The position numbers were made by a program, and so were the translations under genes. From positions 7,002,245 through 7,066,244 of the forward strand of contig NC_068982.1 of assembly GCF_001194135.2 (NCBI RefSeq): a stretch of 64,000 bases of DNA, given 5' to 3'. The notes below the pieces were generated by a model. That model worked only from the letters and a program-made list of their open reading frames with translations, was not told where the DNA came from and did not search any database. Positions 12,758 through 24,512 of this stretch are shown piece by piece; position 1 is the stretch's first letter, and the number at the start of each line of letters is the position of its first letter. This stretch comes from Octopus bimaculoides. Taxonomy: Eukaryota.

Positions 12758-13212
12758 TTTTTACTTGCTTCACTCATTTGATTGCGGCCAATCTGGGCCA
12801 TCACCTAGCAGGGTGTATTCGAACAAATTACCTAGAGTGCTGATTTCTAAACCTCCTATCTAGTATATCGGTCTTTTTTGCCCAAGCGCCAGATTACGGG
12901 GATTTACACAAACCAATACCATTTGTCAGGCAGTGGTGGGAACAAATACCGACACACACTCATACATGGACACTCACACACACACACACTCACACACACA
13001 AATACACGTACAAACACACACTCACACACACAAATACACATACACACACATCACATTTATATGCGTGTGACGCGCTCTTTTCTATCCAAATCCTCTCAAA
13101 GTTGTTCTGATCGACCCGGAATTATAGTAGGGGACATTCACCTCAGGTTCCATGCAGCTGGACGAAGCCCCAAATTATACGGTTAGGAAACAAACCTCTT
13201 ACCACCCAACTA
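12758..13212 (-). mobile_element. SINE family A, old degenerate full-length copy
   Basis: Both halves align loosely to 1193-1655, with a central (CA)n. Confidence 0.6.
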
Positions 13213-13644
13213 TACTTTTATTTATTCGTGTCGAGTAAAACGTGGTGCATTATGATTAGCGCGAATTAAGCATATATTTTCAACATTTATTGCCAAATAG
13301 AGAGGCATCTCACAGAAAATATAAACCAATTTCCCAGAAAGAGATGATATAATTTACAGTCTTACGTTAGACTAGTAAGACCATAAGACTGGAACTAGAT
13401 ATGAAAGGTTATGGATACAGATCGATATCTAGCAACCGAATACTACTACAAAAACAATTAAATGCTGAGTACATGGAAACGTTAATTAATAATGGTAATA
13501 ATAATAGTAAGAATAATAATACTAATAATAATTATTATTATATCAGTATTGCCCTGGGTGTCAGGAAAACACTCGGCAAGAAATGGAAACAGAATTGAAA
13601 GAAGATGATAGTGAAAATAATAATGATAAGAATTATAATAATAC

Positions 13645-13800
13645 TTTCTCCAACAGGCACAACGCCTGCAATTTAATGGGAGGGGGCTAGTCTATTAGAT
13701 CGACCCCAGTACTCAACTGATACTTTTTTCATCGACCCCGAGACGATGAAAGGCAAAGTCGACCTCGCCAGAATTTGAACTTAGAACGTAGCAGCAGACG
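13645..13800 (-). mobile_element. SINE family B, partial
   Basis: aggcacaacgcctg...atcgaccccagtac...gcaaagtcgacctcgccagaatttgaac. Confidence 0.8.
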
Positions 13801-13804
13801 ATTA

Positions 13805-14112
13805 CGACGACGACGATTCCATTTGATCCGATTAACGTGAAATTAAGATGCCCGTGAAATTAACATGCAAGTGGCTGAGTGCTCCACAGAAACGTGCACC
13901 ATTAACGTAGTTCTCAGAGCGATTCAGCATGACACAGAATGTATCAAGGTTGGCCCTTTAAGTTACAAGTACTACTCATTTTTGCCAGCTGAGTGAACTG
14001 AAACAACGTGAAATAAAGTGTCTTGCTCAAGGGCACAACGCGCCGCTTGGAATCGAACTCATGACCTTAAGATCATGAGCTGAATACCCTAACCACTAAG
14101 CCACGTGTCTTC
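13805..14112 (-). mobile_element. tRNA-derived SINE family D (CORE-like central domain; 3' tail shared with family C)
   Basis: Minus strand: A box TGGCTTAGTGG, B box GAGTTCGATTCC, then gtgcccttgagcaagacactttatttcacg...cactcagctggcaaaaatgagta, then a tail matching 11300-11460. Confidence 0.8.
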
Positions 14113-15134
14113 ACGAAATACATATATGTATTCTGCTTGTAAACTGAATATATCATTCTTTATTTTTTTATATATATTTACCCTCCAGAAGACGTTTGAC
14201 GTTTGACGTTTGACTTTTTGCTCACATTGACTTTTTGCTCTAAAGACTTCCATGACCGTGTCACATTTTAAATGGCACATCTAACGCATCTTCTTATTTA
14301 CGTGGTCTGCCTTATGATGAATCATGTCTCAGGAAACCCGTTTCTCGAAATAAGGTTGCCTATCTGAAGATTATACCAATCAACTCTCCAAAATTGTTTC
14401 GAAAATTAGCGCAAGACCTGAAATTTAAGTGAGAGATTAGGCGAATAAATGACCCCAGGATTAAACGGGTATTTTATTTTTATCCACCCTGGAGGTAAGA
14501 AAGACAAAGAACTATTCGATGACATGGGAACTGAGAAGTCAAAGTGCAGTAACTATTGGAAAGCATTTTGTCACAAACTTACACTTGGAGAAGCTTACAA
14601 ATTAATTCGCAGAAAGACTCATGAGTGCTGTCTTTTCTTCTAATGGTTACAAAGAAATGAAGCATTACTATTATCTCTGAAATGTATTGCCAATTCCATT
14701 CTCTATCCTATTGGGAAATATATATTCTTTTAAAACATTTATTAGTATACATTTATATTCTTTTATCGATATTAAAGAATATAATATTGTTTTAATAGTG
14801 GTTCTTAGTCCATAAAATAGTCTTAAAGGAGATACAATTTAAAATCAATCTGAATAGAATTTTCGTTTATTATATACCTTTTATAACCATTAAGTTTTAA
14901 TAATGAAAATCAGATTCTCAGAGCAAGCTTCGTATAATGTCTATAAGAAAAGTCAAATCCAGTGTATTTTCTCCAACAATACTAAGACGAAATTTGTTTT
15001 ATGGACATTTTACATATGCGTAAGAGGATGTGAATTGAATCGTAACAGCTTTTGCTGAAAATATGCATGAAATGATTACAGAATATCGACAGGGCAGTAA
15101 CGATTTGCCCACGAAACAAGAAATAAGGACTTCT

Positions 15135-15492
15135 AATATTTCCGTCGTTTAAACTGTTGAGTCTGAGGCCTCGTGGAAAGATGAATGAAGGCATAACATA
15201 GACATCATTAGTGATCACTCCAAACACTATAAAGTTGACTGGGTACTTGATTTTTATCACTCTCGGTACATGTTTTAGGGACAAGGTAGGCAACGGTTGT
15301 TCTGTGTGCTCACCATTTGTTCGCATTGAAGCTTCCGGCGCGAATGCCAAACAGTACAGTATGTCGTTTCCAAATTTCTGGCAGATAGTGCCCAACTGAA
15401 CTTATTATACTGTATAGTCGACAAAATCAAAAAGAAGCAATGCACATGAGCGAAATTAAAATATAAAATGGTGACGGTTGATCCATCTTCGT
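15135..15492 (-). mobile_element. maT/DD37D-type Tc1-mariner non-autonomous fragment (5' part)
   Basis: The 5' end aligns with 44413-44600. Encodes KYPVNFIVFGVITNDVYVMPSFIFPRGLRLN. Confidence 0.75.
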
Positions 15493-16132
15493 ATATTTAT
15501 GTATTTATAAATTCTTATGAATTTTTACCATGTCTCATATATGTGAACGCATCTATGAATATTGTGGAGAATTTCGACAATTTGAAATGAATTGAATGAA
15601 TATGAATACATACACACATACATATATACATATATACATATACATACAAACATACATACCACACATACATGCCTTCATACTACATACATACACATACCTG
15701 CTCAGAATGTGGTATTCATGAAAGGTGTTGCGTCTCTGTAAGAAGTAAATAAACGCGATGGTGAGGGGGATGCAGACTGTGCTGAGGAATTATGATGTGT
15801 GTTAAAGGAACAGTGAGTAAAGGCGAAACGTATATTTAAAAGTTCAAGTGACTTCAACCGGGTTTCAGCTGACGGGTATATTGAATTACTGCAGCAGTCT
15901 CTATAAGGTAAAATTACATATACACCTATATATTCACATATATAGACACACACACATATACTTACAATATTCATATATACGTTATGTATTCTCTGTAACT
16001 ATACATAATGGCTAACACAATTAATCTCACTAAATAAAATTTATTTATGAAACAAATGCGATTTCCAAATTTGGCAAGGCATTCATTATTATCGATTCGA
16101 TAAGCTTCATTTCATTACAGCTATCTATTGTA

Positions 16133-16768
16133 TTAGGTTGTCAAGTATGAAATTTGTAGGAAAGAAAAAAGTTTGCTAATCTTTTATAAATACAAGGAAT
16201 AGTTTTATTCATCAAAGTATACACTCAAATCCTCAATACACTTTTGCCATTTCAGCGGTAGCTTGTCCAGTCTAGGACTGTAAAAGCCAGGCAATTTAGA
16301 GTCAATAACATCTAGGAAGGCCCGTTTTACAGCATCGTTGGAATTAAATTTTTTCCTATCAAAAAGTTATCTAAATTCTGGAAGAAGTGGTCGTTAGTGG
16401 GGGCAAGATCAGGTGAGTATGGTGGGTGATGGAGAACTTACAACTCCAACTCCTGTAGTTTCGCCATTGTCGTTTTTGAGATGTGTGGTCTGGCGTTGTC
16501 TTGCAATAAAACAAGAGTTGATCTGTTGACTACTCTAGGCTGGGTTCTTTTGTAAGTTTCTGCATCATCTGGTCCAGTTGGCTGCAGTATACTACGGCCG
16601 CGATTGATGAGCCAGGTTTAATGAAATCATAATGGGTCACACTTGCGCCAGACCACCAAACACACACCATAGCTTCTGTTGATGAATTTTGCTTTTTGGA
16701 ATGTGTTTTGGTGGCTCGTCTTTGTCTAACCATTGTGCTGAATGTTTACAATTGTTGTATTGAGTGCT
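16133..16768 (-). mobile_element. Mariner transposon 3' half (pseudogenised transposase and right TIR)
   Basis: QWLDKDEPPKHIPKSKIHQQK/MVCVWWS...LLQDNARPH...HPPYSPDLAPTNDHFF...KWQKCIEDLSVYFDE*, with a stop and a frameshift. TIR ttaggttgtcaagtatgaaat preceded by TA at 16131. Confidence 0.9.
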
Positions 16769-16769
16769 C

Positions 16770-17121
16770 TGATTGCTCTTGTTCCAAGTCTTTATTTAGG
16801 TCATTTATTTAGGTTATTTTTCTTCCAGATTTTGTACGTATATGCTGTTGTGTTTTCGTTCTTTGGGTAGAGCGCTGCTGTAAAATAAGTGTGTAGGATT
16901 GAAATATATTCCTCACGTGTCCATTTATGCCTTTTTGGTATATTTTGCGGGACATGAGGAACAACGTCCGGCCCTTTAATTTCACGGTAATCATTTTGGT
17001 AGGGTACCGGTCCGTTCATTTCTGTTGTTAAATTGTTTCGCACGTGTAGCTTTTCGTACTTTTTGTGTAACAAGTTTAAAGTACGCACTTCCCGATTGTT
17101 ATTCTTGGGTTGAAAGTACCG

Positions 17122-17123
<2 letters not shown>
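16770..17123 (-). mobile_element. 5' end of an R4/Dong-clade LINE abutting (AAT)n
   Basis: ORF 16801..17088 contains KRHKWTREEYISIL.TYF.A...YKIWKKN, like the R4/Dong N-terminal 'RRKWT.EE...YY...IW' domain. It begins directly at the ATT tract 17123-17256. Confidence 0.7.
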
Positions 17124-17186
<63 letters not shown>

Positions 17187-17207
17187 GTTATTATTATAAT
17201 AATAATA

Positions 17208-17241
<34 letters not shown>

Positions 17242-17256
17242 TTATTATTATTATTA

Positions 17257-17360
17257 AGGCGGCGAGTTGGCAGAATCATTAACTTATCGGGCAAAATCGC
17301 GAGCGGCATTTTGTCTCTCCTCACGTTGTGAGCTCAAATTTGGCCAAGGTCGACTTTGAT
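17257..17360 (+). mobile_element. SINE family B, 5' fragment
   Basis: aaggcggcgagttggcagaatc...gagctcaaatttggccaaggtcgactttg. Confidence 0.75.
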
Positions 17361-17699
17361 TTTTTTTTAAAATCTAGTATGGCAATCAGATATGATCATA
17401 ACCCCCAAATACCTGAACTTATCATGTATTAAATGACAAAGAATCAGATAAATATAAAAAATATAGTAAAATGTTGATGGATAAATGTGTAAGTAATTTA
17501 TTGGTTAAATATTTTTCTAATACAAGTTAGATTTTTAATGTCCGCACGGTCCCACGATCGGTTACCAATTGTAAAAATATACTAATGCTGTCCAAGTCAA
17601 CAGCTCACCGACGTAGCCCCACTGCAGAAAACACTTCAATTGCATACCATTTCATTTAGCCCAAGAATAAAAACGTAAAATATAGTTTCAATATGACAA

Positions 17700-19290
17700 G
17701 AAAATGAAGCGTGAAATACAAGCATCACTAGAAAAAAAATCGATCGATACTCAAAGGAAATTATTATCATCTAAATAAAGAAACGAAGTTTATTGTCCAA
17801 ATCTTGCATATAAAATAGAGAAGTTTTATCTGAACTCAAGAAAATACTTCTATAAGTGTATTTTACAAACACAATCTACCAAAAATCACGAATCTGTGCC
17901 AATATTTAAGATAAAATTTGGAGAGGAAATAATAATAATCGGAAACAAGTTTGGATCTCAATAGAGTAGGTAATTTAAGAACACACATTTATAAAGCTAC
18001 AAACGATATCTCTCGTATACATAGAACTCTGAAAAGAAAGGATACATAGCGAAAAGAGAAATAACAAAGAAACAAAAGGAAAATAAATTACTCAAAAAAA
18101 TGAACCACGAAGATAAACACAATATCTGCAAAACCAAAAGAAAATAGCAAATCACATCAAAATCAAAGTCTAAATTACTTTACACAATACTGACCAACAT
18201 ACACACCAAGAACAGGGCAAATAGACATATAAATGTCTAAAAATACGAGAAAATTCTAATGATAAAAATTACGTGTCTCTCAAATGATAATAATGACAAT
18301 TATGACAATAAGCTGAAAAGAGGTACTTTTCCAAGCATAAAACGTTTCGGTGAAATGGCAGCAATAAGAAAACACGAATCGCAGACCCAGATAAAATAGA
18401 TACGGACATCAATATCACGAGGATAAAGAAAATATTAAATGCTGCAGTCAAAGTAGTTACAAAGGAAATTGAGTATACACTAAGAGCTACCCATATAAAT
18501 ATATAACTCAAGCAAACAATGGGGAAATGAAATATACAAGAAAAGCTAAGAAATAAAGAAGATACATCGGTTTTTGAGAAAAAGAAAGGAGGCAACTGAG
18601 AAAGACACAACAAAATATTTCACATAACAAAGTAAAACGATAAAGAGGTATAAATATGGCAAATGAAAGAAAAGATTTGAAATGAAGAAACGTTGGAAAC
18701 AACAAGTAATCACTGTTAGTCAGAAATAATCTGTCGTTAATGAACGCAATAACTTCTTGAAACACTTCCGATTCAGCCTAAAACCAAGAAAAAGGAGAAA
18801 TTCAAAAGGAATTTTATGAAGCATTAACAGTAAGACAACATCAATTCTGATGAGGAGTATGAATGTAATGAAATCATCGAAAGTGAGCAACAACAATCAA
18901 ACAACAATGGAAATCCATAACAATTCTCGTTACAGACCAAAGGATGGAAAAGACGAACTACTGAGAGACACAAGGAAGTTATAGCATACTAAACTCCTAA
19001 ATATTCAACAGTGATGCAGTAAGCGAATGCGGGAATATTTAACGCTATACTGCAAGAATGGAACGATGCTTGGCTGTTTCATTGAAGGAATACTATTTTA
19101 ATCTTCGGGACTAAATAAACAGCAGCCCGCCCAAAATTACATAACCATAGCATGTCCTGTCCTACAACTTTCAAACTCCTTTCTGACATGTTGTAGAAGT
19201 TAACTAAATAGCTAGAAAAAGAACTTATCTCAACAAAACAGAAGTTGTGCTTTAAAGACTCATAAAGATAATTTATTAATCAAGAAACAA
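17700..19290 (+). pseudogene. Heavily decayed R4/Dong-clade LINE (pre-RT and RT N-terminal region)
   Basis: Frame-broken motifs resemble 'IYAAAVVVTKE' (aatgctgcagtcaaagtagttacaaaggaa), 'EG.TILI', 'QNYRPIAC..T.FKLL' (caaaattacataaccatagcatgtcc...ttcaaactcc) and 'KDNLLI.K'. Confidence 0.65.
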
Positions 19291-19428
19291 AGGCGCAGTG
19301 GTGGCTGTAGGGTAAGACTTTATTCCTTCAACTGCATGGTACCTTAGGCAAATGTCTTCCAGTAATCCTTGACCTGACCAATGTCTTGCGAGTAGAGTTG
19401 CTGGACGGAAACTGAAAGAAACATGTTT

Positions 19429-19432
<4 letters not shown>
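19291..19432 (+). mobile_element. SINE family A, degenerate 5' half followed by (TA)n
   Basis: ggcgcagtggtggctgtagggtaag...ggacggaaactgaaagaa. Confidence 0.7.
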
Positions 19433-19504
<72 letters not shown>

Positions 19505-20658
19505 TGGAAAAATTGAAAGAAGTTTTAAATTTAAAGAAGTTATACAATTGTAGTGATAGAAAATACATGTCCAACCGAACTCCTTTTTGACTCCCAAAGT
19601 TTTCCATTATCTATTCACACACGACACATGCCCAGACGCAACCCTGGAAGTATTTATAATACTACTATTACAACCTTTCAATCTCAAGGAAGCCGAAACA
19701 CGTCTGGTGTTCTCGTACGTCATTGCTGGGATGACGCTCATCTCGTTCCGATATAACACACCCAGTCTTTTTAACACATGTCTTTGAAGAAATTTCCTTT
19801 TGGATAGAATTCTACTTGTCAATTATATATGCGTTAAATATGATACATAAATGCCTATTTTAATTTAATCCCGTTTCACTTGTGTATACTTAATCTTTTA
19901 TATGTGACAAAATGGCTAGAATGACACTTTTATGGCTAAATTGTTCAGTTGTTACATCATACGTTCTTTTATCAAGTCATCCGTTACACAAATACAATTG
20001 TAGAATACTTTAAAGCGTTTATGCTCAAAGGAATATACTGTCTTAGTAAGTTTACTCTAGTCTTCTTTATTAACAAATATATTCTAAGCTATAGTATTTC
20101 TTTAATATGATTTACACGGTTTATGGTCTGTAATAACTGCGCTTTATGCGTATAAGTTCCTCTTAGGGACATATTCTGCCTCTTTCGTGGGTTGTTATAA
20201 TTTTCCAGTGACGGGATTTGCAATTAGTAGATGAACAAGTTTCTGGGCTTATAGTTTTAGTGATCTCTAGTATTTTCTTTTCTACAAAGAATTAGCTGTT
20301 GATTATGGTTCACGTAGACGTTCTTTAAATGCTTCCATCTTAAATTCATGTGTACAGCAAATTAATCAGGAATATAGCACAATTTATCGAGGAATTTCAA
20401 ATTGTATGTTTGCTAACAGCTTCTAAAATGTTTTATTTCGTTCTTTATTGGTTACGTGGCTTACGTTTGTATTACTGTTGTATGCTGTACTATTCTTTTA
20501 TTCTTTTATTTGTTTCTGTTATCTGACTGCGGTCATGCTGGAGTATCACCTGTCTATTCTTTCTACATTGCAACCCTTAACATTTTTTTACTGCAGTCAA
20601 TATGTATGGTAATGTTCTATCCCAGTATGCGTGACCTATTGATATCAATGCATTGTTA

Positions 20659-20878
20659 AGGTGGCGAGCTGGCCGAAACGTTAGCACGTCGGGCGAAATG
20701 CTTAATGGCATGTCGTCTATCTCTACGTTCTGTGTTCATATTTCGCCGAGGTCGACTTTGCCTCTCATCCTTTCGGGGTCGATGAATTAAGTAGGAGTTG
20801 CCTACTGGGGTCAATCTAGTCGACTGACTCTCTCCGCCAACATGTAGGGCCTTGTGCCTTGAGTAGAAAAGGATATTG
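20659..20878 (+). mobile_element. SINE family B
   Basis: Full head-to-tail match to the family consensus. Confidence 0.85.
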
Positions 20879-20938
20879 ATCATTATTTAACAATTACCAT
20901 GTTCTGTGAAAGTTAATCGAAAATATACTTGCATTGGA

Positions 20939-21155
20939 AAGGCGGCGAGCTGGCAGAATCGTTTGCACGTAGGGCGAAATGCTTAGCGGTATTTCGTATG
21001 TCTTTACGCTCTGAGTTCAAATTCCATCGAAGTCGACTTTGCCTTTCATCCTTTCAGGGTCGATAAATTGATTACCAGTTGCGTACTGGGGTCGATCTAA
21101 TCGACTGGTCCCCTCCCTAAAATTTAGGGCTTTGTGCCTCGAGAAGAAAAGAATG
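20939..21155 (+). mobile_element. SINE family B
   Basis: Full head-to-tail match to the family consensus. Confidence 0.85.
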
Positions 21156-23574
21156 TACTTGTATGCAATTCAAACATTTTACCAATGGAACGCATACTGG
21201 GATGGAATATAAAAAAGGCACACTGTAAATAGAAGACATCATTTCAGCAACTCATAAAATGAAAAATAAGTGAAAAGAAAAACTTTGAAAACGCAAGTAC
21301 ATATTTTTTATTATATGATATTCTGAAACAACGTTTGGCTTTTCTTGTGTGTTTTTTGCTTTTCCTTTTCAAATTTACAAAGAAAATGTAACACTACGAT
21401 ACTTCTAGCAACTTAAAATATTTTCTTATATATAAGGTTTTAAGGTTTGGATGTTTATGGGTCAAACAATCATGATCAAATCCGGTTTCCCCCTATAATA
21501 CAATTTAAATCACTCAATGATTTTTATTTACATATTGTGTATCCGTGGACAGACAATCTTACAGATTCTTAGGACATTTATTTAATCTTTTTTGTAGCTG
21601 TTACTTAGATGGGACCTGAATAAAACTTTAAGTTGATCCATATTCAACGATTTTGTTATCATACCTTTTTTTTATCATTTTGTTTATTGTATTTGTTAGC
21701 ATTTCATTAATGAATATTTAATTCAACTGCTGTGATATTCATCTTAATTCTACTTTCTGTTAAGTGTTTAGGCGAGGACATATTTTTGTTGTGTGAACGT
21801 ATTTTTTAAAATGCTTTCATTCAGTTCTTTTAATGTTTTCAATTTGTTGTGATGTAAAGCCTTTTCTAGTATGTGTTATGTTTAGTATAATTTTTATTGT
21901 TTACAAGGTTAATTTATTGTATTATTTGCGTATGCAACCTCGCTAATATGTTTCTTTTCCTTCGAATTCGGAAGTATATGCATGGTTGGTTATATCATAA
22001 ACTTGTCATTGGTCTGTTGGGAATTATATATTTTGTAAGTCACTACTCGCTACTTTATTTTCAGTCACTCTTCTTTCTATGCCTCAATGTATTTCTGTGA
22101 CTATTTCATTTAAATTGTTTATTATGAATCTCGATACGAACGCCAATGTTTCTGGATGTTTTTCACTTAGCTTATTTTTCTGCTTCTTTTATCATGCTCA
22201 TGTGTATTAGATTTTATATTGCTATAGAGCTTGAGCGTAGTATATCAATATACCAATCATTGCACAACATTATCTTTTAATTTTGTTTTCATATTGGCAC
22301 TCCAGTGATATGTGGCACAACTTTTGTTAGGAAGTAATCTTTTGAGAAAACATTGCTTCTAAACAATGCATTACATTGGTTTCTTATCATACTCGAATTA
22401 AATACACGCTACGCAGTTCATCATATAGTGTAATTCAGCGGATATTGCTTTTATTACTGTTTGATTTAGTAATGGGAAAATAGTTGATTTGTATTGCAAT
22501 AGCATTGATTTTACTTTAAGTTATTTTGCGAATTCTGTTCTATATTTATTCGTTGTTTTTGCATGTATTGTATGATATAAACCTTAAATTGTTTGTATAA
22601 TAAACGCATATGAGAAATGAAATAAGACCTAATCTTATTTAGTTTTCGCTACAATCATTATTTTCAATAATCTTATTTTCATTGTGCGGTTGTTGTATAC
22701 AGCAAAGCGCAGCAGCATGTATGCTGAATATGTTGTACTTTTGTTTTGTATTTTTATTGCATTGAATTTATTCTACATAATGTGCAAACCGTATATCAAT
22801 GCTCCTTTCCGTATGTTGTTTATATATGTAAGGCATTAGGGCTTTGGTTACGTATTTTCCCGCAACTTTTCTAATCATTTCAAAGCTATAATTACGGACA
22901 CCGTTTTTGATTTTAATACCCGAGTTTTTATAAGCGTATTTCCAGACTTTATATTCGGAACATTTCTTCTGTTATTATTTATTGGCATTGAAACTTATAG
23001 GGGAGGAGTCACATTGTTTCCTGTTGATCCTCGATAAATATATTTTGTCGATTCCTTTTGTCTCGTTGCATTATGTATGTGGATCGATATATTCACTCGG
23101 GTAATTGCTTTGTTATCCTCCGTGATTTGAAGATATATCATATTTATAGAACCTGACATATTGATGGTTATTTTAATTTAATCCTGTTTCAGTTTTGTAC
23201 ACCAAGTTTGTTTTTATTCATCCCGACGCCTCTCCTTCAATATCAACGTTTGTATTATTCAGTTACCTATTTAATGGAAGGGAGAGATTTTGTCTCGGGT
23301 GTGACATTCGATTACACGTCATTGACAGGGCTCACGGAAGTCGAAAAGCGTCACGTTCTCATACGTCACTAATAGAATAGTGGTCGTCTCGTTCCGACAT
23401 GCGTTTGTTTTCAACACATGTCTTTAGATTGATTTTCTGAGACAAAAGAACCACAGTATCATGCCTGTCAACACCGCATACATGTTAAAAATGATATGTA
23501 TATTACTATTACACAAAAATGCAGTTTTGAATTAATTTCATGAAGTGTCAACATTTTCACTACCTAACTGCAAC

Positions 23575-23880
23575 ATTTTCACAAACGCTGGTTCACTGCA
23601 ATGTTTCAAACTTCGCAAATTGCCAGTTCATCTAGAGCTCAGCTATATATTCTTTTCTTGTAACATATTGAGCTTAGAGACGCATATTTTCAATGTACTG
23701 GTGTTGAGTGACTTTGACTACGTGACATCAATCATTAGTTGATCATTGTTTGTCCCTCTCATTTTCACAAACGCTGTTCTACTGCTATGCTTCAGACTTT
23801 GCAAATTTTCAGTTTATCAAGAACCCAACTATATTTTCTTTTCTTCTAACATATTGAGCTTAGAGAAATATATTTTGTCA
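23575..23880 (+). repeat. Diverged local direct duplication (~115-bp block, period ~186 bp)
   Basis: ttttcacaaacgctg...taacatattgagcttagaga occurs twice. Confidence 0.85.
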
Positions 23881-24473
23881 CTCTCAGGTTCCACTTTTTG
23901 GCTTGTTTATATTTTGCTGATATCATTCCCTTCGTTTCGTCTGTTCTCACTTTCTAGGATTTCTTTTTGAAGATTACATTCAAAATCACGCCTGTTTTCT
24001 CTATGTAAACATAAGGCAAAGATGAACATTTTTTAATACTATTATAAGTCTATGGAAATTAAGTTTCCGCTTTATAGATTAAATTATATATTAAATTTGT
24101 CGGAAAAGAAGGATTAAAGAGTTTACTCAAAAATAATATCGATAAACTTGTATATATATATATATAAAATTACATTTATAATTACATAGTTAATGGCATA
24201 GATACACAAACACACTCACACACACATATATTTACATCCACATTCATACACTCACACACGCACATAAACACACATACACACGCGCATATATGTGTGTGTG
24301 AGTGTGTGTATGTGCGTGTGTGCGTGTGTGTGTGTGTGTGTGTGCATTACAAGCGTTCGCTTTACACTGTAACAGCTTTACTGAAAAAAAACATACTCCC
24401 TTTCATTTTTTATTATCACGCACAATTGTACAATGGTCTCTCAATAGAAGGGATGCACACACTCTCATGCAAA

Positions 24474-24512
<39 letters not shown>

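Larger units (their letters stand above)
19540..23460 (-). mobile_element. Probable decayed Penelope-like element with direct terminal repeats, interrupted by two SINEs
   Basis: Homologous blocks lie at ~19680-19810 and ~23335-23450. Minus-strand remnants resemble PLE RT motifs (IKAIS, N.FS, PTD..Q, LAR...I) and a GIY-YIG-like 'VILAI.....YTSETG' near 19860-19930. All frames are broken. Confidence 0.5.
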
